64,000 nucleotides of DNA from Gammaproteobacteria bacterium (lineage in GTDB: Bacteria; Pseudomonadota; Gammaproteobacteria; DSM-16500), in NCBI GenBank assembly GCA_013287745.1, contig JABDDF010000003.1, positions 1,946 through 65,945 of the forward strand. Direction: 5' to 3'. Below, piece after piece: positions 11,216 through 21,203 of the stretch. Every line of letters begins with the position of its first letter. Position 1 is the first letter of the stretch. Position numbers and translations under genes: made by a program. The notes below the pieces were generated by a model, which worked only from the letters and a program-made list of their open reading frames with translations, made no database searches and had not been told where the DNA came from.

Positions 11216-11980
11216 TTATCCCACGTAAAAACTCACACCTAAAAACAAAGAAGTTGCGGAAAGTTTATTTTTGAGTGACTCATTATCAAAGTTAGCGCCT
11301 GTTGCTGTCACATAATTCGCACCTTTGCCCGTACGAATCGTTCCATAATTATTATAATCATATTCAATATTAACTAAGACATTTTGCCGCAAAGCATAAT
11401 CCAGACCCACGGCAAGTTGATAAGCAAAATTATTACCGCCAACACCGCCAAAAGCTGGACTGACGCGTGGTGTGACACCAACCAAGGCTTGTTCTGAGTA
11501 ATTGGGCGTAGAATAATTAACGACGCCAGCTCCTGCCATAATATAAGGCATGAGATTATTCCATCGGTAGATATCCGCCTTAAGAATCGCTAACACAGTT
11601 AAGGTTTGGACGTCATAGGAGTAATGATAATTTTTGAATGCGGGCAGTGAATATTGGTTGATATTACCTGAAATGCTGGCGTTAGAAGCAAACATATAAC
11701 GCAGGCCAAGACTGTAATTGGGCAGCCATGTTTTTTTCCGCTGCCAAGTATAACCTGCGGCCAATAATCCATAGGGCTGACTCGATACGCCGTTAGTGGA
11801 ATAATAATCATTTGGCCAGCCCGGGCCTGTATTGAGATAATTGTTACCGCTTGTCTTATAGAACATACCTCCAGCGCCAACGCCGAGATAAAAATTCTTG
11901 CTTGGCAGAGTGAAAGAAGCTGCTGCAAAAGATTGGCAGCTCATACAAATAAAAAAACCAGCAGCAAATATCCGTTTCAT
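11216..11980 (-). CDS. Outer membrane beta-barrel protein (Opa/OmpA-like membrane domain)
   Basis: Signal peptide; FYLGVGAG, MPYIMAGAG, FAYQLAVGLDY; aromatic C-terminal strand. Confidence 0.8.
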   Translation of the reverse strand: MKRIFAAGFFICMSCQSFAAASFTLPSKNFYLGVGAGGMFYKTSGNNYLNTGPGWPNDYYSTNGVSSQPYGLLAAGYTWQRKKTWLPNYSLGLRYMFASNASISGNINQYSLPAFKNYHYSYDVQTLTVLAILKADIYRWNNLMPYIMAGAGVVNYSTPNYSEQALVGVTPRVSPAFGGVGGNNFAYQLAVGLDYALRQNVLVNIEYDYNNYGTIRTGKGANYVTATGANFDNESLKNKLSATSLFLGVSFYVG

Positions 11981-12029
11981 AAGGTATCCTTTTTGTGAAT
12001 TCTTGCCCAATGTACGAAGGAATTAAATT

Positions 12030-12938
12030 ATGCCACTAAAAATTGTCGATTGCCATTTTCATTTTTATGACCAAAAAGTTAATAATTACCTTTTTTTAGC
12101 AGACCATGATGAAAAACTCGCTCTCATGTGGGGAGAATCTTATAACACGACATTACCCGCTACCTATCTCCCAAGGGATTATTTTAAAGATATGCAAGAT
12201 TTTCACATCGAAAAATTAATTATGGCTGAACTTGTTTCTACGGATCCTTTGAAAGAAATGCATTTTGCTCAAACACTCGCTGACCATCATCATCAACTCG
12301 CTGCTGCCATTGCAAATATTAATTTGCTCGATAAAAATTTACCGGCACTATTAGCTGAATATGCAAAAATTCCAGTCGTGCGGTCTGTGCGTGATCATTT
12401 GCTATGGGATCCTAGTAATCCAAATCATTGCTATACTCGACGTGAAGGCATTTTATTAGAACCTATCGTTGCTGAATCATTTGCCGCAATTCAAGCCTAT
12501 CCATTTAGCTTTGAATTTGAAATTTATGCACATGAAATACCATTGGTTTTACGCTATGCAACGCAATTTCCGAGTATTAATTTCGCCTTACATTGCATGG
12601 GTTGGCCAATTGATCAAACACCTCAAGGGTTTCAAAAATGGAAGCGTGATATGCAGGCATTGAGCGAATGTAAAAATGTGTTTGTCAAAATCACTGCGAT
12701 TGAATGTATTTTTGGCCTTGAATGGACATTGCAGCAAGTAGAACCTTGGATAAAAACGACAATTGATGTTTTTGGCCCTGAGCGCTGCATGTTTGGCAGT
12801 CACTTACCCATCAGCAAATTATCACGCGGTGTGGTGGCTTTATATGAAGCTTATCAAGCTAGCGTTTCTCATTTATCGGAGCAAGAAGCAGCCTGTGTCT
12901 TTGCAGAAACGGCTAAGAAGTTTTATAGAATTTCATAG
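12030..12938 (+). CDS. Amidohydrolase_2 family protein
   Basis: IVDCHFHF, ALHCMGWP, NVFVKI, FGPERCMFGS. Confidence 0.9.
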   Translation: MPLKIVDCHFHFYDQKVNNYLFLADHDEKLALMWGESYNTTLPATYLPRDYFKDMQDFHIEKLIMAELVSTDPLKEMHFAQTLADHHHQLAAAIANINLLDKNLPALLAEYAKIPVVRSVRDHLLWDPSNPNHCYTRREGILLEPIVAESFAAIQAYPFSFEFEIYAHEIPLVLRYATQFPSINFALHCMGWPIDQTPQGFQKWKRDMQALSECKNVFVKITAIECIFGLEWTLQQVEPWIKTTIDVFGPERCMFGSHLPISKLSRGVVALYEAYQASVSHLSEQEAACVFAETAKKFYRIS

Positions 12939-13098
12939 TTTTTATTAATTATCTAATTAATATTTTGATTTTACAGAAAAAACTTAAGCATATTTCGTGC
13001 TGATATTTTGTGATATTATGCTCCGAGCTGAGTTCTTAGTACTATAATTAAGTAATGATAAATATAAAATAAAATTCACGACGAGGAAATCGATCATC

Positions 13099-14574
13099 AT
13101 GCTATCGACAGGCACAGCAGACAGGGTTGATATCATCATACTTGTTGGGAAAGACAGCGATGGTTGTGACATCCTATCCCGCGCGATGATTGAATATATA
13201 GAAGCATGTAAAAAACAAAATTTGACATATCATATTGTCGGCGATGCTAAGACACTTATTGATGATAAGGAATTGCTAACACTACCACAGGCAAATCATT
13301 TGCTTGTAGATGCACATGGGAGTATTGGCTATGGCGGTCATGGTCTGTCAGTCACATCTGAAGCTAGCCAAAATTCTCTAAATTTTATTATCAAGATACA
13401 GGAAATAATAAATTGTAAAATTATTATAGTGCCAACTTGTTATGGGGGAGCAATAATAAATGAAGCCAAAAAGAGCCAGCGTCGATTTCAGGAAGGCACC
13501 ATGTTTTTTACTCCCTCTTCTTCTTATGAACCTTCCCTCAATGGTCCAAGTATAAGACTTGCCCTTAGCTTTATAAATAAAATTCAGCCTGGTAAATTGT
13601 CACCCATGACTTTATTAGTGAGAGATGCAATCAAAACAATCACAGAAACTATGGTATTTGCAATTCAACCTGATAATGACAATGATGATCTAACACTTCG
13701 ATCGATTACTTTATCTCGCACACATAGACGAATTTATTTTGAGGCAAAAGCGTACTGTGAATTTCAACTGCAATGTTTCAATGAATTTATCAATACTACC
13801 TTGGCATCAACACAGATCAATTCATTATCTAGTGAGTTAGAAAATACTTTTTCGAATTATAAAACATATAGAGAAAAACTCGGTACAGATGAACAAATTA
13901 ATTTATTGCCTCTTAACATGGGATATGACGAAGAAACGATCTATGCAGATGCTTCATTCTGGTGGCATATTCTTCATAATGATAATGAAGTATTAACTAC
14001 CTTGCATCGAGATGCACTAGTTAGCAGCGCTATTCTACTATCTACTGCCATTGAACAATCTATTAGGAGCGACAGAGATCATTTGCCCAACCTGATTCGA
14101 TTCCTGTTCAAACAAAATTCTCAAATTAACCTGCGCGGACAAATTGCAAATAGTATGAAATGGCGTGATTCCATTCGTTTGCATAATCCACAAAAAGAGA
14201 TAGTGCAGGAAAAATCAGGCTACACAGCCTTAACTTATGCAGTTGACCGTGGAGCAAGCCTGGGTGTGATCGAAGCCTTAGTAGATTGCGGTGCTGATCC
14301 CTTCCACCCAGATCTTGCTGGCCGAACAGCAATATCCCTGGCAAGTGATAAATATAAAAAGTTTTTTGAAGGAAAATGCAAAGAATCTATCTTGAAAATA
14401 AACAAAATTAAAAAGTTTATAGATAAATTAATACAATTACAGAGCGAAAAACCTGGCGAAGATATTCTGTTTCCCTGGTATTTATCTCTAGATGAAAATA
14501 TGAGAAAGAATTTTTCCGATCTTCTGCAGAAATATGATCATTTGCAAACTATATGCCATGCCAATAATGAATGA
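13099..14574 (+). CDS. Ankyrin-repeat protein with putative N-terminal clan CD cysteine protease domain; 3' end cut by IS3
   Basis: VDAHG and PTCYGG dyad-like motifs; GYTALTYAV...LVDCGADP, GRTAISLA ankyrin; stop codon is the TGA of the IS3 IR. Confidence 0.7.
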   Translation: MLSTGTADRVDIIILVGKDSDGCDILSRAMIEYIEACKKQNLTYHIVGDAKTLIDDKELLTLPQANHLLVDAHGSIGYGGHGLSVTSEASQNSLNFIIKIQEIINCKIIIVPTCYGGAIINEAKKSQRRFQEGTMFFTPSSSYEPSLNGPSIRLALSFINKIQPGKLSPMTLLVRDAIKTITETMVFAIQPDNDNDDLTLRSITLSRTHRRIYFEAKAYCEFQLQCFNEFINTTLASTQINSLSSELENTFSNYKTYREKLGTDEQINLLPLNMGYDEETIYADASFWWHILHNDNEVLTTLHRDALVSSAILLSTAIEQSIRSDRDHLPNLIRFLFKQNSQINLRGQIANSMKWRDSIRLHNPQKEIVQEKSGYTALTYAVDRGASLGVIEALVDCGADPFHPDLAGRTAISLASDKYKKFFEGKCKESILKINKIKKFIDKLIQLQSEKPGEDILFPWYLSLDENMRKNFSDLLQKYDHLQTICHANNE

Positions 14575-15137
14575 TCTGCCCCGAATTTAGTAGACACTAA
14601 TTTCTAAAGTCCACTTGCAAGCTCATACTGTTCAGGCGATTTATAGCCAAGAAATGAATGCTTGCGCTGCCGATTATAAAACACTTCAATGTAATCAAAA
14701 ATAGATTTCTTTGCATCATCGCGAGTTAGATATTTTTCATGATAGACGCACTCTGTTTTTAATGTATGAAAGAAACTTTCCATGGCAGCATTATCCCAGC
14801 AATCGCCTTTTCGACTCATGCTGCATGTAATGTGGTTATCGCGCAGTAATTGTTGAAAATTATCCGAGGCATATTGACTACCGCGATCTGAATGAAGTAA
14901 CACATTGGAGCAGATTTTACGCCTAAATACAGCCATTTTAAGCGCATTAATCACTAAAGAGTCTTTCATTCTATCTGACATTGACCAACCGATAACCTTG
15001 CGGGAGTAAAGATCCATCACTACTGCAAGATAAAGCCAACCTTCAACCGTTGGAATGTAGGTAATGTCAGAGGCCCATCGTTGATTGGGCGCCTCTGCAT
15101 AAAATCCCGCTCGAGACACTGAGAGCACCTTGCATTT
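14572..15137 (-). mobile_element. IS3-family remnant (right IR plus internally deleted orfB)
   Basis: IR TGATCTGCCCCGAATTTAGTAGACAC at 14572; no orfA or left IR seen. Confidence 0.9.
14604..15128 (-). pseudogene. IS3 transposase OrfB fragment (DDE/rve core)
   Basis: [29 protein letters not shown]; VSRAGFY joined directly to AEAPNQRW, so the intervening domain is deleted. Confidence 0.9.
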
Positions 15138-15382
15138 ACGTGTTAAGTGGCGCGACCAAGTTGTAAAAAATGCGACAGTAAAGTTGATGGATGAAGTGAT
15201 GGCGATGAAGGGTATTTCCTTGGGTGCGCGTTACAAATTCTGATTTGCATCCAACAAGAATGGAGAAAATAAATCGATAATGTAATTCGAATTTTTATCT
15301 TGTATTGCATCTACAGAGCGATTCTTGGCAGTACTCTAAGTATTAAAATTTTATCAAGCTACCGCCAATTAATCGGTCAGAA

Positions 15383-15751
15383 TTATTTACATTTAAATTT
15401 TGTAACGACTTTATTGTCAGTATCTGAATCCAGACTTGTTGTTGGTACAAAGGTATTTGATGTCATAAAGGCAATATCCGAAGCCATGTTGGCTGCTTTT
15501 TTAACGTCTTTATCCACACCATCGTAGGAGTTCTTCTGTGCAATGACGACATAGCTTTTGCCTTGTTTTTGGCAATATTGCTCGATTTTTGCAAGGTTGT
15601 CTTTGAGTGCTGCGTTTTGATCGCTCGATGTAGTAATTGCTTTAACTGTACCTTGCTCCATTGGGAATATAGTTGTACTTGATGTAGCAGCGCAGCCAAC
15701 TAAGGAGAGTAAAGCAGAAAGGGACATCACAAGAGATATTTTTTTAATCAT
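15383..15751 (-). CDS. Hypothetical lipoprotein
   Basis: Lipobox LVGC. Confidence 0.75.
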   Translation of the reverse strand: MIKKISLVMSLSALLSLVGCAATSSTTIFPMEQGTVKAITTSSDQNAALKDNLAKIEQYCQKQGKSYVVIAQKNSYDGVDKDVKKAANMASDIAFMTSNTFVPTTSLDSDTDNKVVTKFKCK

Positions 15752-15915
15752 ACATTCACCTATGTGTTATTTTATATTCAATTTAAGGAGGCGCGTACCT
15801 TAGCATGTAGTAGAAATTCCGTCAAGAATGGAGCCAGCAATTGATATATCGGGCATAGTGAAATAATTTGAAATATTTTGAAACACTTAATTAAAGCGCA
15901 TGTAGGCTGGGTAAA

Positions 15916-15948
15916 AATCTCCGGCCTTTAGGCCGGAGAGGATGTCAA
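15916..15948 (+). mobile_element. Orphan IS200/IS605-type right end
   Basis: aatctccggcctttaggccggagaggatgTCAA: subterminal hairpin followed by TCAA. Confidence 0.65.
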
Positions 15949-15981
15949 TATCTAAGGAAACGGAGTTAGATCGTTGATGGA

Positions 15982-16473
15982 TTATTTGGTTTCACTGACA
16001 AGCAATTGTAAATGGCCACTATTAAAATCAACAGGGGAACCTGTGCAAGAATAGCCTTTCATTGAGTTTGCAACAAATAAACCGTCATTCATATAGTTAG
16101 TCAACTCAAGTGAATGGTTTGTATTTTCTTCAACATAAAAGTGGGTATTGCAAATAGTCGAAATAGATTGACTGTTGTCATTAGATAAACTGACGACTGT
16201 TGATACGACACCTAAGATATTTACTTCTATTCTTTTCGCTGGGCTAATAAAATATGAGTAAGTGCTATGTGGGGCAATATATTTTCCCTGTGGAAATTGA
16301 AATTCTGGCATGGTATCAGCACTTTGATTCCAGGCAGGACCAAAACCTAATTGCTGAGAAGTATTATTAATAATTGTAAATTCAATTGTACTACCTTGCC
16401 AATTTGCATAGCAATTAGCAAAAGCAAAACTTATAGATGCTATAAACAAGGCTAAAATTAATTTTTTTTTCAT
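15982..16473 (-). CDS. Secreted hypothetical protein
   Basis: Signal peptide MKKKLILALFIASISFAFA; beta-rich mature part. Confidence 0.7.
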   Translation of the reverse strand: MKKKLILALFIASISFAFANCYANWQGSTIEFTIINNTSQQLGFGPAWNQSADTMPEFQFPQGKYIAPHSTYSYFISPAKRIEVNILGVVSTVVSLSNDNSQSISTICNTHFYVEENTNHSLELTNYMNDGLFVANSMKGYSCTGSPVDFNSGHLQLLVSETK

Positions 16474-16786
16474 ACTCTAAATGCTCCTCATAATAAAAAT
16501 AAAAACGGAATTAAACTTTTCTTTTCACCACTGAACTTTGGCAGTAATTCCGGATCTTTGCGGTGATGTTTATCAATTTCTCTCGTCCTTTGTGAGAAGT
16601 GATTTTTCCACGACAGCTTTTTACTATACTGTTGAAGTTAATGCACGTAATTTCGCAGCTTCAGTGCTAACTGGTAATGTATCGTTCTTTGGTTACTCAT
16701 ACGGTGTGCAATGCAGCAAGGAATACAACAAGGAAAATAGAAGTGGCTAAACGTTTATTCGCCAAGGGAGAATAGCAAGTATTTGG

Positions 16787-16829
16787 TGGCTATGGGTGGA
16801 CTCGAACCACCGACCTCAGCATTATGAGT
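16787..16829 (-). repeat. att site (displaced tRNA-Met 3' half)
   Basis: tggctatgggtggactcgaaccaccgacctcagcattatgagt, identical to 52222-52264. Confidence 0.97.
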
Positions 16830-16936
16830 TAAGCTGGACAGATATATTAATTAATTAAAATCAATGCCTTGCGATGTTTTAGCTTCATTAAAACTGATAT
16901 AAAATGACTACAATTTAAGAGATAGCTATCTCAAGT

Positions 16937-16958
16937 TGTTACACTTTTTACTACAGTG
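16937..16958 (+). promoter_or_regulatory. Integrase arm-type site candidate (left)
   Basis: tgttacactttttactacagtg, 21/22 identical to 52154-52175. Confidence 0.7.
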
Positions 16959-17031
16959 GGGTATAAAGTCGGGGTTATTAAAAACCTACCTCTACATCCA
17001 CTATAAGTAATAATTAGGAGACGTCATAGAG

Positions 17032-17375
17032 ATGAAAAAATATATTTTCATAGTGCTTGGAGCGTTAGCATTACAAACAAGCTATGCAGATACGAATCAA
17101 CAATCCGTCGAAAATAATCAGCGACAAGCATATCAAGAGGGCTTAAGGGCTGCCGAGGAAGGAGAGAGAAACCAGCAGTTATGGGCGCAGGGCACAAGGG
17201 TGATCCAAAAATGGCGGAAGCGTATCAAGAGGGTTTAAGGGCTGTTGCGGAAGCAGAGAGGAACCAGCAATTATGGGCTCAGGGCAACGGTAATCCAAGA
17301 ATGGCGGAAGCATATCAAGAAGGTTTAAAGGCTGCTGAGGAAATGAAAAATAAGCAACAAAAATGGAGTGAGTAG
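17032..17375 (+). pseudogene. Secreted protein with three ~30-aa tandem repeats, frameshifted
   Basis: AYQEGL.A.EE..RNQQLWAQG repeats start at 17128, 17220 and 17310 (spacing 92 vs 90 bp). Confidence 0.75.
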
Positions 17376-17447
17376 TGATTACCGATGGATACACAATCTA
17401 GTCGTATAGTTCATGCTCATGATGCTTTTGTATGATCTAGCCCCGCT

Positions 17448-17642
17448 TCAGTAGACACGTAATTTTGGTAAACCACGTGTTAACGAAAGAGGTGTTAGAT
17501 CAGTTTGTAGAGTGCCATGTATATCTAACAAGTAGTTGCCTACTTTGGCTGCTGGTATTTCTCCACGTGCAATTTTCCTTCGTAACCCTTCCGGCTGCAT
17601 TTTTAAAAATGCGGCGGCTTCTACGAAGGTGAATGTCTTCAT
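17448..17642 (-). pseudogene. Truncated excisionase-like HTH paralog
   Basis: MKTFTFVEAAAFLKMQPEGLRRKIARGEIPAAKVG matches the N-terminus of the 50904 gene, then diverges. Confidence 0.7.
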
Positions 17643-17754
17643 AAAATAAAATCTTCTAATAGGTCATAATTTGTACTCTCATGATGAGACGATATGTATA
17701 CATAGTCAATGTCGATAAGTATTTTTTTGTCTTTAGGCTGGTTTTTGGATAGAA

Positions 17755-17769
17755 TATCCAAAATAGATA
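17755..17769. promoter_or_regulatory. Palindromic operator candidate TATCYA-N3-TRGATA
   Basis: tatccaaaatagata upstream of regulator 17809; second copy at 22885. Confidence 0.55.
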
Positions 17770-17808
17770 TAACAATAATAAACAAACACAAAGGCGGGTT
17801 CTCACGAA

Positions 17809-18474
17809 ATGAAGAAAAAATTGTCTAAATCATTAAGCCTATCAAATCCGAGTGAGCGATTAAAACATCTTCGCGCATTACTGCGTGTAAGCAGGGCATT
17901 CCTTCAAGAAAAACATGGTATTCCAGAAGTGACGCTAAAATCTTGGGAAAATGGAACAGTTAAGCTAAGTTTGGCGGGCGTAAAGCGTTGTATAGATGCG
18001 TATCGTGACGAAGGCTTGATTGTAACTGAAGATTGGTTACTAGAAGGAATTGGTCTTGATCCAACTTCTAGTGCAACGATCGGACAATATTTTGCTGAGC
18101 CAAAACAAGCACAAATGCCTTTAAAGGATGATGAGGCTTGCATGATTCGTGATGCAAATTTGTTTAAAGAATCCTATGCCAATGCTGTAGTGATGATGGT
18201 GTCAGGAGATGAAATGCGCCCCTTTTATAAGCCTGGCGATTATGTTGGCGGCAAATTGCGGTCAGGTAAAGATATTAAAACGGTAATCAATAAAGATTGC
18301 ATTGTTTATCTTAAAGATAAGTCGCGCTTTTTTAGAAGAGTGGTTAAAAATAGCAGCGGTGGAATAAATTTGACTTGTCTTAATCCTAATGAAAATACAT
18401 CAGAACCCGTGTTATTCAATGTGAAAGTTGAAAGTGTGGCTCCTATTATCTGGCATCGATCTAAAGATGATTAA
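17809..18474 (+). CDS. XRE-HTH regulator with degenerate S24-like C-terminal domain
   Basis: ERLKHLR...TLKSWENG, WLLEGIG; VSGDEMRP lacks the catalytic Ser. Confidence 0.85.
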   Translation: MKKKLSKSLSLSNPSERLKHLRALLRVSRAFLQEKHGIPEVTLKSWENGTVKLSLAGVKRCIDAYRDEGLIVTEDWLLEGIGLDPTSSATIGQYFAEPKQAQMPLKDDEACMIRDANLFKESYANAVVMMVSGDEMRPFYKPGDYVGGKLRSGKDIKTVINKDCIVYLKDKSRFFRRVVKNSSGGINLTCLNPNENTSEPVLFNVKVESVAPIIWHRSKDD

Positions 18475-18517
18475 TCGCGATTTTTAATAATTTACTTTGA
18501 GAGAAACTGCACTGCGT
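18415..18517 (+). repeat. 103-bp direct repeat, copy 1
   Basis: Aligns without gaps to 20632-20734 with 12 mismatches. Confidence 0.9.
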
Positions 18518-18603
18518 TGTGTCGTCTCGGTAACACGTTTGCCATAAAGACATAATTAACCGTATAATCTCACGTTTGTTTATCCAAATAAAAAGGAATT
18601 TTT

Positions 18604-20472
18604 ATGAAATTAAAATATTTTGTGATTTTTTTATCCTTATCTTCAAGTGCCTTGGCTTACAATCAACAACAAATTACTCAATTCATCAATCAGCAACAAC
18701 CTAAATCTCAACATCATGCCCAGCGTGCTCAAGTCAATACGGCTGCCATTAAGTGGACAGCTTTGCGAGGCCCTCTTACTAACGGTAGCTTTCATATTGT
18801 TAAAATGAAAAATAATGATTCCACGCTATTTGCTTTTCATCGCTATTCTTTTGGCGAAGTCTATAAGTCTATCGATAACGGACAGCATTGGAAAGCATTA
18901 CCATCGCCTAAAAATGAAGAAGTCCTTGACTTGATATCAGTAGATGAAGATCGTTTATTATTAGCTGCAGGAAACCATGTTTACTCTTCCATAGATCAAG
19001 GTGAACATTGGAAATTAAATACAACAAAAGATAGTTCTTGTGATAAATTATTTGCACTCTCTCCTAATTTAATTATGTTAATTACCAATCATAATTATTC
19101 TTATCCAGGTATATATCGTTCTATTGACGGCGGCAAAACATTTACACCGGCAGAACTCGGTCTTGATGGAGGTTATCCTTTCTGGACTATCATAGGTAGA
19201 GACAATATCTTAATGACTAGCAGTGATGGATTATTTGTTTCCACCAATAACGGTTCATTATGGACTCAAGCTTCTACTAACTGGGAACATAGAATGCTTT
19301 GGGGCGGAGCTATTAATAGTAAACATGATATTTTTGTAGCGACTGGCAGGCTGTATAGAACTGATGTTAATGGTCGTGTTTGGGAAAAAATAAATGATTT
19401 AGACAATGTGTACACGATTAAAGTCGACGCTAAAGATACCTTGTATGTAATTAACAACAAAGATTTAAAGCGTTCAACTGATAATGGAAAAACTTGGCAG
19501 TTATTACATAGCTTTAAAGGTATCACAGATTTTACATTGTTAAAAAATGGTAAAATCATTGTGAGTGCTTATGAAGGATTAATGTTGAGTGATGAAACTC
19601 AATTGAATTACACTGAACTGCCTAAAATGCCTTATTCAACTTCTGCTAGTGTGCATGCTGTCGCTTTAGATGAAAAAAATTACTTTACTATAGCGGATAA
19701 ATATTCAGGTCAGCTTTATATTAGTCATGATGCAGGCAAATCATGGGAAATTTCCCGTGAAGGCCATGTCATCAATGATGTTGTCATATTCAATCAGCAA
19801 GTGATTACTTTAGAAAGTACAAATACCAATTCAAGTCAACAAGTCATGGTATCTAAAGATGCAGGACAAACTTGGGAATCTGTTAAACAATTGACGGATA
19901 ATGAATGCACATCACTTTCTAGTCAAAATAATAGTTTAATTATTAATTGCGGCAAAGACAAAGACAGTTATTTCACTCAAGATTTATTGCATTGGACTAG
20001 TTTAAAAACAGAAGCTAATAATTCTAGTTTAACTAGCTATTTTGACGGTAAATCCATTTATCTTAGTGACGGTCATTTCATTAAACGCTCTAGTGACAAT
20101 GGTCAAACTTGGACTTACTTATTAAACAACCTCAATCATTATAGCTCTCGTATTTCAGGTTATAAGGATGAATTCATAGTGATTGCTATTAATGGCGCTG
20201 GGGTTATTAAAATGACAGACGGTGGAAAAAGTTGGGATTTAATTAATGATGGTTTAAGAGATTATCATTTTTCTGATCTTGTTGTGATTGATCAGAATCA
20301 CTATTTGGTCTCAACCGATGATGGTATTTCTTTCACTTATGATGGCGGCAAATATTGGACATCGGCAAATAAAGGACTCACTAATTACGATGTATTAAGT
20401 GTTTCACTTTATCAAAATAAGTTGCTTGCCGGTACAAATGGTAATGGTGTGTTTAAAGCAGAATTGAGTTAA
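18604..20472 (+). CDS. Secreted BNR/Asp-box repeat beta-propeller (Ycf48/sortilin-like)
   Basis: Signal peptide; repeated S.D.G.TW motifs. Confidence 0.9.
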   Translation: MKLKYFVIFLSLSSSALAYNQQQITQFINQQQPKSQHHAQRAQVNTAAIKWTALRGPLTNGSFHIVKMKNNDSTLFAFHRYSFGEVYKSIDNGQHWKALPSPKNEEVLDLISVDEDRLLLAAGNHVYSSIDQGEHWKLNTTKDSSCDKLFALSPNLIMLITNHNYSYPGIYRSIDGGKTFTPAELGLDGGYPFWTIIGRDNILMTSSDGLFVSTNNGSLWTQASTNWEHRMLWGGAINSKHDIFVATGRLYRTDVNGRVWEKINDLDNVYTIKVDAKDTLYVINNKDLKRSTDNGKTWQLLHSFKGITDFTLLKNGKIIVSAYEGLMLSDETQLNYTELPKMPYSTSASVHAVALDEKNYFTIADKYSGQLYISHDAGKSWEISREGHVINDVVIFNQQVITLESTNTNSSQQVMVSKDAGQTWESVKQLTDNECTSLSSQNNSLIINCGKDKDSYFTQDLLHWTSLKTEANNSSLTSYFDGKSIYLSDGHFIKRSSDNGQTWTYLLNNLNHYSSRISGYKDEFIVIAINGAGVIKMTDGGKSWDLINDGLRDYHFSDLVVIDQNHYLVSTDDGISFTYDGGKYWTSANKGLTNYDVLSVSLYQNKLLAGTNGNGVFKAELS

Positions 20473-20486
20473 AGGATGTCATCATA

Positions 20487-20560
20487 AAGTCGGGATGAAC
20501 GCAGCGAACCCAGGAATTAATGCGATATAGAAACCGTGGGTTCGCGGCTCAACATTTACT
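20487..20560. repeat. Degenerate REP-like hairpin
   Basis: gcagcgaaccca ... tgggttcgcggc. Confidence 0.45.
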
Positions 20561-20631
20561 ATAATCAATATAAAATATCGAATTCTAATTAATGAGATGT
20601 GCATGACAGCAAAAAATTTAACAATATCCTG

Positions 20632-20734
20632 TTCAATGTGAAAGTTGAAAGTGTTGCTCCTATTATCTGGCATCGATCCAAAGATGATCAATCGTAATTT
20701 TTACTAATTTGCTTTGAAAGAAATTGTATTGCAT
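20632..20734 (+). repeat. 103-bp direct repeat, copy 2
   Basis: Aligns with 18415-18517. Confidence 0.9.
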
Positions 20735-21203
20735 CTTTCTCAATAATTTTAATCAAATCACATTTTAAATTCTTTAATCCATCATAATGTGTATTTAAAA
20801 AATCAAACGCATTAAATCGAGAAAAATTAGTACCTAAGGTTACAATGTAATTATGGTGTTTTAATCGCTCCATTAAAATAATACCATCTTGTATACCAAA
20901 CAAGCCGCGTTGATGCATGATTTCCTTGCCAAAATTATCTGAATAATCAATTTCAGTAAATGGGATGAAGTTTCGTGTTGTATTTAAAGTCGCCTTTCTT
21001 AGCGGATCAAATTCAGCATATTGATTATAATTAAAATGTTTTTGCCACTCAGGGCGTGACATTAATGAGATGCTGGATTTTGTAAGCGAGCTTTGAATGC
21101 CTATTGCAAAATAATCAATTTCGGGTAGATCAACATGCTCAAGATATCTAAAAAATATTTCCTTTGTTGTATCGGTCAAAATAGGCGAGTATTTTTTATT
21201 CAT
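20688..21203 (-). CDS. Stand-alone LuxR-type autoinducer-binding-domain protein (no HTH)
   Basis: PEWQKHF...YAEFDP...R..FGIQDG pattern; ends without a DNA-binding domain. Confidence 0.65.
   Translation of the reverse strand: MNKKYSPILTDTTKEIFFRYLEHVDLPEIDYFAIGIQSSLTKSSISLMSRPEWQKHFNYNQYAEFDPLRKATLNTTRNFIPFTEIDYSDNFGKEIMHQRGLFGIQDGIILMERLKHHNYIVTLGTNFSRFNAFDFLNTHYDGLKNLKCDLIKIIEKDAIQFLSKQISKNYD

Noticed and set aside
16538-16750. 70-aa ORF next to att
   Set aside because: TTG start, no RBS, no recognisable motif
17128-17372. Regularly spaced repeats as a CRISPR array
   Set aside because: The units are degenerate coding repeats with no unique spacers, and there are no cas genes
20487-20560. 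Integron attC site after the BNR gene
   Set aside because: No clear R/L boxes and no integron integrase; looks like a degenerate REP
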